DNA of 44,560 nucleotides from a virus. The notes under the pieces are model-generated. The model did not search any database. It was not told where the DNA came from and saw only the letters and a program-made list of their open reading frames with translations. Positions within the stretch are counted from its first letter, which is position 1, and each line of letters begins with the position of its first letter. The translations under genes and the position numbers were made by a program. This document shows, in pieces, positions 1-6,731 of the stretch. Location of the stretch: positions 1-44,560 of the IMG/VR virus record IMGVR_UViG_3300005260_000001; one strand, 5' to 3'.

Positions 1-99
1 CTGAGAAGCCGGTGACTTCGTCCTTCTGTGCTTGTTCGCACAAGACGGAAACCGTCACTGTGCTGGTGTGAACGCGCCCGCGCCTCTCCGTTGGAGGAA
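1..99. repeat. Terminal direct repeat, copy 1 (identical to 44462..44560)
   Basis: First 99 nt match the last 99 nt base for base. This implies a circular or terminally redundant unit of about 44,461 bp. Confidence 0.95.
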
Positions 100-304
100 C
101 GCGCTGAATGCGATGGCCGCCAGCCTCGTTCTCTAAACCAGCAATATCGTCGGTCACGATTACGGCGCCACCATCGAAAAACGTGGCGCGGTGCTTTCAG
201 CCTTTGGCCTCTAGAAAGCGCTCGTAGGCGCGCGCCAAATCATGCGCGAAAAGTTTCGCGTCATCTCCGCCTTCTGCGGCCCGAATTTCGATCGTCTTGG
301 TCAT
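1..304 (-). CDS. Class-I release-factor-like protein (no domain 1, RF1-type), 5' part; continues at 44106..44560 across the circular junction; in-frame TGA at 197..199
   Basis: Manual minus-strand translation: ATG(304..302) [84 protein letters not shown]... It is colinear with the E. coli RF1 segment [31 protein letters not shown]...[20 protein letters not shown]. An alternative in-frame ATG lies at 319..317. Confidence 0.6.
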
Positions 305-317
305 AGGATTTTCTAGC

Positions 318-590
318 ATGAACCGCCTGATTGTGCTAACGCTTTTCGCACTCGCCGCCTGCCAAACCGATCAGCCTGGAATACAGGTCCGCACGGTCAC
401 GCAGACGGTCGAAGTTCAACGCCCCTGTCCCGGCACAAAGCCACCGCGCCCAGCACCGCTTGCGCGCCCGCTGCCAACCGATCCAGTGCAGCTCGCAGCG
501 CTACTCGGAGCCAAGCTCGCCGAATACGCAGCGAAAGGGATGTACGCCGATCAGGCCGATGCAATAATGAACCGCTGCCTCACCCCCTAA
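318..590 (+). CDS. Lipoprotein, candidate o-spanin (Rz1-like)
   Basis: ATG at 318. Signal peptide with lipobox (MNRLIVLTLFALAAC), Pro-rich mature part (RPCPGTKPPRPAPLARPLP) and further Cys residues. It is the next plus-strand gene after the i-spanin candidate once the circle is closed. Confidence 0.55.
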   Translation: MNRLIVLTLFALAACQTDQPGIQVRTVTQTVEVQRPCPGTKPPRPAPLARPLPTDPVQLAALLGAKLAEYAAKGMYADQADAIMNRCLTP

Positions 591-619
591 GACCTTAGTA
601 AGCAAGGGTGCTGCTGAGT

Positions 620-955
620 TCAGTCCGAACTAGGGCTTTCCTTGCGGAGACGTTCTTCGCGAATACGCTCTCCGCTCTCAAGGAAGTCGTCGAGACCTGT
701 GGGCGTCAACAGCACCTTCGCTCGTTCATGGTCGGTCATCCTCGGAAGTTTGACCGCATGGTGGATGTCGTTCTTCCACTCGCTCACCTTGATCCCCCAA
801 CTCTCGAGCTCTGCCACATCCACCTCGCGCCCGAGCAAGAGCCTGGTCACGATATGGGACAGGATACCCTCGCTGCGGGCACAGTGGCGAGAGGCGTCAA
901 TGTCGCCGGTTATCTCGATGCGCCATTTGCCGGTAAGTTTCATCTGCCTGCCCAT
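620..955 (-). CDS. Hypothetical protein (111 aa from internal ATG)
   Basis: Protein-like sequence MGRQMKLTGKWRIEITGD...ERAKVLLTPTGLDDFLE. The N-terminal extension to 1189 has an odd composition, and shadow ORFs lie on the plus strand. Start uncertain. Confidence 0.45.
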   Translation of the reverse strand: MGRQMKLTGKWRIEITGDIDASRHCARSEGILSHIVTRLLLGREVDVAELESWGIKVSEWKNDIHHAVKLPRMTDHERAKVLLTPTGLDDFLESGERIREERLRKESPSSD

Positions 956-1198
956 GCGATCAGCGCAGCGCTCAACACAGCAAGCATCAGCAAGCCGCCA
1001 AGTAGCGTTCGGTTGGGCGTATCTGTCTTTTACAAACCCGACCGCAGAAACGGCGGATTTCAGCGGGTCCAACCTAGAGAACCGGAGTGGTGAAAATGAA
1101 GCATGAAATGTCGTACATCCGCCGGGTCTTCGCGGCGCTATGCATGCTGGGCCTTTGGTCGCCGAACTGGTGGCTACCCAAAGGCCCAACGTTGCCCC

Positions 1199-1423
1199 CT
1201 AGTGCGTGACGATCAGCCGCCAGCGAATGTTGCCTTGGGAGTAACCGTGCTGATGGTGGTTCTGCGGAGGCAGGGGATGCCCATGTGTCGAGACCACGTT
1301 CAGCCCGCAACCCTCGCAGCGGTAAATCCCCGAACGTGGGGTACTAGCCCCGGCCGAATGAACGCCATCGAACATGTTATCGACTGATTGGGCGAGGTAT
1401 TGGGGGTACTTGTAAAAGGCCAT
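1199..1423 (-). CDS. Small Zn-ribbon-like protein
   Basis: AAGGAAA Shine-Dalgarno 5 nt before the ATG. Contains a CEGC pair plus a His-rich HGHPLPPQNHHQH segment. Confidence 0.55.
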   Translation of the reverse strand: MAFYKYPQYLAQSVDNMFDGVHSAGASTPRSGIYRCEGCGLNVVSTHGHPLPPQNHHQHGYSQGNIRWRLIVTH

Positions 1424-1730
1424 GCGCGTTTCCTTTGCAGGTTAACGCAATCGCCTTGACCTCAAACCCGAACCGGACAATTATTCCGGCGCCTAAAGAG
1501 CTCGTTCCCACCGGCGATTGCTAGATCATGGTGGAATGATAGGGGGTCGGGTCGGAAGCCCGACCTCCAATCATGTCAGGCCGACATTATCGAATCGGAA
1601 CCTGCACAGAGTCGAATCTTTTCAAGCCGATTCCGGGTATAAACGGCTAGTTATCCACAGGCGCGGCCCATTAGAACATTCGCGGAACAAACCGCTTGCC
1701 CGAATCGGGCGGACAGCGCTTTTTGGCCGG

Positions 1731-2030
1731 ATGTCGAATCGGCTCCCGCGCTCCGCTGTCTCTCGCCTCGCGCTGGTCGCAATTGACGTTCTGGACGAAG
1801 CCTACCGGACGGCGGACCGTAAGCCAATTGAGCGCACGGCAATCCACCGCCTGGCACTCGGCTACCTGTTGCTATCCGGCCTCGCCTCCAAGGGGCATGT
1901 GCGGACAATCTGGCAGGTGCTGGGGCACGAAGGGTTGTTCGTACAGATGCCCTGCCGACAATCGCACTTCGGCAACATCATCCACGGCATACGGGAGCGA
2001 GCGCGGGGCCTATACCCCGGCGAAGGCTAG
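1731..2030 (+). CDS. Hypothetical protein (99 aa)
   Basis: Internal ATG of ORF 1518..2030. Third-codon-position GC is high, as in confident genes of this genome. RBS is weak. Confidence 0.4.
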   Translation: MSNRLPRSAVSRLALVAIDVLDEAYRTADRKPIERTAIHRLALGYLLLSGLASKGHVRTIWQVLGHEGLFVQMPCRQSHFGNIIHGIRERARGLYPGEG

Positions 2031-2257
2031 CACCGTTCGGATCAACCAGTAGGCCATCGGCGCCAGCAAGATGAACGCCAGCATGGTGAACTCTAACTCG
2101 GTCTTTGAAGGTGACCGCTTCATCACGGCCACGTATGCCCCAAGGGAGGATGTAGGAAAGTAATTCTTCGCACTTGTCGATAACGGAGCCAGTTGGACTC
2201 GACTCCCCACCGCCGGTCTATAACCTCTGACGATCTGACAAAACAGGAGGCGTCGCT

Positions 2258-2563
2258 ATGGCAGACGGCCCAAAGGAAATCAGTCCAAACGCTAGTAAAA
2301 TCAGCGTCTTAGCACCGAAATCAGGTGGATTGGAAATCAGTCCCGCGCAAGGTTCTCTCGAACTTGGTATCGAGAAGGACGCAGAGTTCGGTGAGATTGG
2401 CATGGGCGTGCTGTCCGATGGCACGCCATATTTGAAGAGCTTATCGAGCATGGCTTGTCCTACTCAGTCAGGGAGGGATGGGCAATGGCAGGAAAAGGTT
2501 CGCCAACGCTTCCGGGACTCGGCGGGCCTCCGTTGTCAAGTTGGGGCGGTTCGCCAACCGTAA
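2258..2563 (+). CDS. Questionable ORF (possibly a gene remnant or a non-coding attP arm)
   Basis: AGGAGG lies 7 nt upstream of the ATG. However, third-position GC is much lower than in neighbouring genes, and the ORF contains four AAATCAG DNA repeats falling in two different codon phases. Confidence 0.25.
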   Translation: MADGPKEISPNASKISVLAPKSGGLEISPAQGSLELGIEKDAEFGEIGMGVLSDGTPYLKSLSSMACPTQSGRDGQWQEKVRQRFRDSAGLRCQVGAVRQP

Positions 2564-2627
2564 GCGATTGAAGTGGCGACTATAGGTGATTCCACCCCTG
2601 TCCACCACCTCTTTCTGAAAACGACGG

Positions 2628-3671
2628 TTATTCAGCATCTTGCGACCCCCGCTTGGCAAACCGGCGGCTCAGGTTTGCCACCGCTTCATCCGCCAAAAGC
2701 TCCCGATTGGCCTTTTCGGCATAGTGGGCGAACTGCTTGTCGGTCTTGTGGCCGGTCACGGCTCGGCCCTGGAATGTCGTTGCGCCGGATTCGGCTAGTC
2801 GGCGGCTCATGGCTTTGCGCAGCCCGTGCGGGGAGCAATGCGGAACGCCCGCCTTCACGCAGGCGCGCTTAAACCACTTGGCAAGCCCTTTGGTCGTGTA
2901 GGGCTTGCCGAACTCCGTCACCAGATAGGTCATGTGCCCGCTGTCGCAGGCGTCAATCGCGGCGTCGAGTTCGGGCGTGGCGGGGACTATCGTGTCGCTG
3001 TCATTCTTGCCGTGGTGCAGGTGGAATTTCCCGCCCCGGCGATGCTGGCGACCGACAACTGCCGCATCGCTCACTCGAAGCGCCAGATAGAGCATAAGCG
3101 CTTCGGCAAGGCGCTCCTTCGTGCCAAGTGGCCACCGGGCCTCGAACAGCGCGATTTCTTCCTCGGTCCATGTGTGAAAGCCCTTGCCCTCAGGGTAGGG
3201 ATCGGTGGCGTCCACAGGATTGTCCGAGCGCCAGCCCAGCCATACCGCGTGCTTGTGGATTCGCTTCAGTATCTTGCGTAGAACATTTGCCGCGCCCGGC
3301 GTCCCGGCCATGCTAACCAGCTTGTCATCGATCAGGCGAGCAGTCATGGTTTTGGCGCTCTTGGACCCGTTTTTTGCCCGGAACCGCTCAAGCACCCCAC
3401 GATAGGTTTTCTGGCTCGATGGCTTCATCTTGAGCCACTGTTTTGTGCGGTAAAAGCTTGAGATTAGAGCATCATAGGTGTAGGGTTCAAACCTTGGCTC
3501 TTTGACAGGTTCGGCATTTTTCGCTGCGGCGTATTCTTCCATGAACTCGCGCGATCCGGGGGAGTGTCGGAAGTGATAAGTCGGCTGCCCCGTCTTGCGG
3601 AAGCGATAGCGCTTCTTGCCATGCCGGTCGGTCCACTCGGTCACATTCTCGGGCAACCAGCGGCGTTTCAT
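2628..3671 (-). CDS. int: Tyrosine recombinase / phage integrase
   Basis: C-terminal catalytic region ...HGLRKAMSRRLAESG...VTGHKTDKQFAHYAE... (R, HxxR and H/Y signature). Sits at the end of the early operon next to a repeat-rich non-coding region. Confidence 0.9.
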   Translation of the reverse strand: MKRRWLPENVTEWTDRHGKKRYRFRKTGQPTYHFRHSPGSREFMEEYAAAKNAEPVKEPRFEPYTYDALISSFYRTKQWLKMKPSSQKTYRGVLERFRAKNGSKSAKTMTARLIDDKLVSMAGTPGAANVLRKILKRIHKHAVWLGWRSDNPVDATDPYPEGKGFHTWTEEEIALFEARWPLGTKERLAEALMLYLALRVSDAAVVGRQHRRGGKFHLHHGKNDSDTIVPATPELDAAIDACDSGHMTYLVTEFGKPYTTKGLAKWFKRACVKAGVPHCSPHGLRKAMSRRLAESGATTFQGRAVTGHKTDKQFAHYAEKANRELLADEAVANLSRRFAKRGSQDAE

Positions 3672-3835
3672 TCCAGGCGCTCCGGCTCTGGTTCATCGTT
3701 CGCGGCCTTGCCGACGATAATCTCCATTTGGCCGTCAGCTCCGATTCTCACCCGCACATCTTCGTAACCGCACCCCTTGGCAGCCAACAAGGCTCGCTTG
3801 ATATCAGCCTGTCGAAAACGTGCAGGAGCGGTCAC
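3668..3835 (-). CDS. Small protein translationally coupled to int (55 aa; candidate directionality factor)
   Basis: Not in the ORF track (<60 aa). GTG start in a GTGA overlap with the upstream stop, and its TGA overlaps the int ATG (ATGA). Sequence VTAPARFRQADIKRALLAAKGCGYEDVRVRIGADGQMEIIVGK... Confidence 0.5.
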   Translation of the reverse strand: MTAPARFRQADIKRALLAAKGCGYEDVRVRIGADGQMEIIVGKAANDEPEPERLE

Positions 3836-4026
3836 AACACCTTCCTTGCTTCCACTATGGCTGCTTCGAGGGCATCCAAATATAATCTGAGTGTGTTCCT
3901 CGTGTTCTCTTTCGCCAACTCTGTAGAGAGTTCCGGGCTATCCAGATGCTCCTGACAGCGGTAAGCCCATTCCGCCATTTGGCGGGCTGTCCCGGCTAGG
4001 TGGACTAGGGGTGGAATATCAGTCAT
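3832..4026 (-). CDS. Hypothetical protein (64 aa)
   Basis: Internal ATG has an 8-nt overlap (ATGACTGA) with the upstream gene's stop. Confidence 0.5.
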   Translation of the reverse strand: MTDIPPLVHLAGTARQMAEWAYRCQEHLDSPELSTELAKENTRNTLRLYLDALEAAIVEARKVL

Positions 4027-4417
4027 TGGGCGCACCCTCCGGGTCGGGCTTTCGCGGCTTCGCCGTCGAGCCTGCATCCGCAGTCTCGCCCGTTCCGGCT
4101 TCAATCCCTTGCGCAACGCGCTGCGCAACAGGAACATCACGCGAGTATGTTCTAATCCAAAGGACAGTCGCCTCACTCGCTTCATGCGGTGGCCAGCAAA
4201 GTTCGCGGACGATATACGCGGACGCGTTCCACATATTGGTGCGACCTGATGCGCGCAATTGATCGAGATATTCGAATGCCTCGGTCAGTTCATCCGCGGT
4301 CAATCCGCCCGCGCTAGCGATACCCGCCCGAAGGGCCGAGACGGAACGGCTCGGGCTTTGCCGGGTAGCGCGGTCGACGCCAGTCGAAGCGCCCGTATCT
4401 TGTTGTTTTCCGGTCAT
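4019..4417 (-). CDS. Hypothetical protein (132 aa)
   Basis: ATG at 4417 is in an ATGA overlap with the upstream stop. Protein-like core LTADELTEAFEYLDQLRASGRTNMWNASAYIV. Confidence 0.55.
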   Translation of the reverse strand: MTGKQQDTGASTGVDRATRQSPSRSVSALRAGIASAGGLTADELTEAFEYLDQLRASGRTNMWNASAYIVRELCWPPHEASEATVLWIRTYSRDVPVAQRVAQGIEAGTGETADAGSTAKPRKPDPEGAPND

Positions 4418-4755
4418 TTGCCCTCCTGGAGAATGCTGCGACCCCTGATGGCGGCGGCAATTGAATTCGCAGCTTGGCAAATAGCTTCGTTCTGTCCCAA
4501 CCAGCCTAGGACGGCCCAATCCTCCGCCACCTTCGCACAAGCCTCCCGCTCTGCCAGAACCAGTGCTTGGAAGTGGGGCGCAAGCTCGGCAGGCCATTCT
4601 ATTTCGGCGAGGCTGTCTCGAATTTCATCCAATCCCACATCACAGTCGGCGATTCCGTCGAAGGCAGCCAGAACGACATTCGTGAGAATTGTCACCACGC
4701 TCTCCGGCAGATCGATCACTTCGCCAGCTTCTGGTGGGAGGGTGGGGTTAGGCAT
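4414..4755 (-). CDS. Hypothetical acidic protein (113 aa)
   Basis: ATG at 4755 has an 8-nt overlap (ATGCCTAA) with the upstream stop. Confidence 0.5.
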   Translation of the reverse strand: MPNPTLPPEAGEVIDLPESVVTILTNVVLAAFDGIADCDVGLDEIRDSLAEIEWPAELAPHFQALVLAEREACAKVAEDWAVLGWLGQNEAICQAANSIAAAIRGRSILQEGK

Positions 4756-4942
4756 GGGACGCTCTCCGCTCTGCCGCACGAAGCAGTCTCCGCAGCCGTT
4801 CGCTTTGTTCTACAGAGAGTGTCGCTTCAACATTCGCCCCTGCCGGGCCTCTGGCTGTCAGCACGATTGCGTGGCCGTAATTGGCGATTGTGAGCTGAAC
4901 CGTTTTGCCGACGATGAAGCCCTCGATGATGTCAGACTCCAT
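4748..4942 (-). CDS. Hypothetical protein (64 aa)
   Basis: The start overlaps the stop of the upstream gene by 11 nt. Same-strand operon context. Confidence 0.45.
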   Translation of the reverse strand: MESDIIEGFIVGKTVQLTIANYGHAIVLTARGPAGANVEATLSVEQSERLRRLLRAAERRASHA

Positions 4943-5624
4943 CGGCGCTATCCTTGTTGGTGAGGCGGCGGGCGGTTTCTAGCTCAGCGGCAATTTCAGC
5001 CAGACCGTCCGTTTCTTCGTCGAGCCTGGCGGGCCTCCAAGCGACTGGAACGCCACGACCTGCCGTGAAGTGATCGTGCGACCAGCACCAGCCGGCGAGG
5101 AACCATTCGTCCTCACCGGTATCCTCGAATCCGTTGAACCCGATTGTGACGCCATAGCGGGCTGTATCTTGCAGCGCGTGGTCCGCGTCCTCGCCCGAAT
5201 AATCCACGATCAGTTCGAGCATGCGATGGTCGCGCGGTGCGCTCGCAATGTCGCGCCATTCCTCGCGCTCCGCCTTCTCGGCTTCTAGTTGGCGGAACCA
5301 CCACGCGATTTGGTTTGCGATGATGACCGGATTGTCGCCGCGGACGGCACAATCTACGAGCTCCCCTATCTTGACGCGTATATTTTCACTCTCCCCCACA
5401 GATACGGGAGTGCGGGGCTTTTCGGATGCGATGCGGTGGTTCCAGGCTGAGACGGCTCGTTCTTCCGTGTCACGGTTTGGTCCATGAAAGGCAGATGGGC
5501 CGCATGCTCCACAGCCTTTGCAGAATGTTTCTTTTCCATCTCGAACGTAACGTAAGACCGCACCGCCCCCACAAAACGGGCACGGCAGCAAATCCACCTG
5601 CTCGACCTTGAGTTCGTTAGCCAA
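4932..5624 (-). CDS. Lar-like restriction-alleviation Zn-ribbon fused to a DUF551-like domain (230 aa)
   Basis: AAGGAGG then TTG start at 5624, overlapping the ninB stop (TTGGCTAA). N-terminus LLPCPFCGG...CKGCGACGP...EERAVSAWNHR resembles the Lar family. The C-terminus is near-identical to gene 11321..11656. Confidence 0.6.
   Translation of the reverse strand: MANELKVEQVDLLPCPFCGGGAVLRYVRDGKETFCKGCGACGPSAFHGPNRDTEERAVSAWNHRIASEKPRTPVSVGESENIRVKIGELVDCAVRGDNPVIIANQIAWWFRQLEAEKAEREEWRDIASAPRDHRMLELIVDYSGEDADHALQDTARYGVTIGFNGFEDTGEDEWFLAGWCWSHDHFTAGRGVPVAWRPARLDEETDGLAEIAAELETARRLTNKDSADGV
4991..5241. repeat. Internal direct repeat, copy A (about 251 bp)
   Basis: By-eye alignment to 11359..11609 shows about 12 mismatches and no gaps. 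It encodes the DUF551-like domain. Confidence 0.85.
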
Positions 5625-6135
5625 GATTACCTCCTTTAGGCGCGTCCTGCGGTAGGTTGGGCGCATCGGCCTGATGGCCGACCGGGCCTGCGGGCTTCGC
5701 CCCGAGCCGGTTCCCGTCTCGGCCAGAGGCGCTAGTCCCTTGCGCTGGTTCATCGTCTTTCGTCCAAACGACGCCATGCTTGGCACCGAAGGCAAACAGC
5801 AGTTCGATCAGGGCCGAGAATTGCTCCACAGTGAGCGTGGATGACCGTAGGCCCACGGGGAACACGCCAGCGCCTTCCAGTTCGGGCAGGAAGCGCATTT
5901 CGGCCCCCAAGGCGTTCAGGAAGCGTAGTTTCAGATCCTCCGCGCTGAACCGCGTCATCTCGGGCACCTGGCGCTGAATGTCGGCCAACATCGGCCAGAG
6001 CTTGCGATTCTGGTCATCCGTGCGGGTGCGCTGGCTTACCCGGCACACGTGATCCTCGGGCGCACGGTCGATCATCTGCTTGGCATGTTCGCGTCCGCGC
6101 TTCGTATCGAGAAAGATGGTGCGGCGCTCAGCCAT
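5617..6135 (-). CDS. ninB: NinB/Orf-family recombination mediator
   Basis: RTDDQNRKLWPMLADIQRQV and STLTVEQFSALIELLFAFGAKHGVVWTKDDE are colinear with lambda NinB (RSLDQNRKLWACLGDVSRQV ... EFAELLELIQAFGTERGVKWSDE). ATG at 6135 overlaps the upstream stop by 8 nt. Confidence 0.85.
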   Translation of the reverse strand: MAERRTIFLDTKRGREHAKQMIDRAPEDHVCRVSQRTRTDDQNRKLWPMLADIQRQVPEMTRFSAEDLKLRFLNALGAEMRFLPELEGAGVFPVGLRSSTLTVEQFSALIELLFAFGAKHGVVWTKDDEPAQGTSASGRDGNRLGAKPAGPVGHQADAPNLPQDAPKGGNLG

Positions 6136-6388
6136 GCCACTCCCCGCATAGGTCATCCTTCGCCTTCTTCGTTGCCTCGGGAAACCTGCGACAGCGCACG
6201 CTTGTGCGAGCGGCTTTATCAGCGGCGTCCCACAACAACTGGCGTGTGAAATCGAAATCGAACAGCGGATACCCGGCCCAAATCTGCCATAATTTAGGCT
6301 TAGGAGGCTCCCCTGTTGGGCGCGGTCCTTTTGGTGGATCGTAGGCCTGCGCATGGCAGCAGGTTTCGCAGCGCTTTGGCTTAGCCAT
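6128..6388 (-). CDS. Hypothetical protein (86 aa)
   Basis: Internal ATG overlaps the upstream stop by 8 nt. Sequence begins MAKPKRCETCCHAQ... Confidence 0.45.
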   Translation of the reverse strand: MAKPKRCETCCHAQAYDPPKGPRPTGEPPKPKLWQIWAGYPLFDFDFTRQLLWDAADKAARTSVRCRRFPEATKKAKDDLCGEWHG

Positions 6389-6731
6389 GCTTGGCCTCCC
6401 AAGCCGGCCGACCTTTCCAAGCATACCAGAACGTCCGGCACACCTCGCGCATGTCGAGCTTGTATTTTGCGATGAATGTATCCCAGCCTAGCCGATGCTG
6501 TTCTTCATGATGCCCGTCGCAACCCGCGAAAGCCCAGCAATCTGAAACCTTGGTCCCCATGCCCTTGTCGCCAGCCTGATCCCAATGACAGGCACGGACC
6601 TTCCCCCAGCACTCTCCGGTGTAGGCGAGTATGCAGTTACGCCCCCGCAGGAATTGCAGGAAGCCGGGGGCCGACTTGTGTTCGGGTCGGCCGCGGTTCT
6701 TGTGGCGGGGGGCAGTATCAACGCGGTTCAC
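6381..6731 (-). CDS. Zn-binding putative nuclease (YbcO/DUF1364- or DUF968-like)
   Basis: Cys/His pattern RNCILAYTGECWGKVRACHWDQAGDKGMGTKVSDCWAFAGCDGHHEEQH resembles lambdoid YbcO-type proteins. Confidence 0.5.
   Translation of the reverse strand: MNRVDTAPRHKNRGRPEHKSAPGFLQFLRGRNCILAYTGECWGKVRACHWDQAGDKGMGTKVSDCWAFAGCDGHHEEQHRLGWDTFIAKYKLDMREVCRTFWYAWKGRPAWEAKHG

Noticed and set aside
28-306. 92-aa plus-strand ORF at the window start, and the 107-aa ORF at 44142..44465
   Set aside because: Both are Arg-rich shadow frames lying antisense to the RF-like gene, whose homology to release factors is unambiguous.
1541-1574. tRNA/tmRNA-like minihelix: a GGGGG/CCTCC stem with a G-U at the third pair, a 5-bp T-like stem, a 7-nt loop and a following A. 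It could suggest a tRNA-Ala or tmRNA 3' fragment marking attP.
   Set aside because: The loop TCGGAAG does not match the T-loop consensus (TTCRANY). There is no CCA. The 5' strand of the acceptor-like stem is adjacent rather than about 60 nt upstream. The helix continues into ATGAT/ATCAT pairing. I therefore treat it as a generic hairpin only.
2010-2210. 66-aa minus-strand ORF with a possible 37-aa TM peptide
   Set aside because: It has no RBS for either start and lies in the repeat-rich attP-like region. There is not enough evidence to call it a gene.
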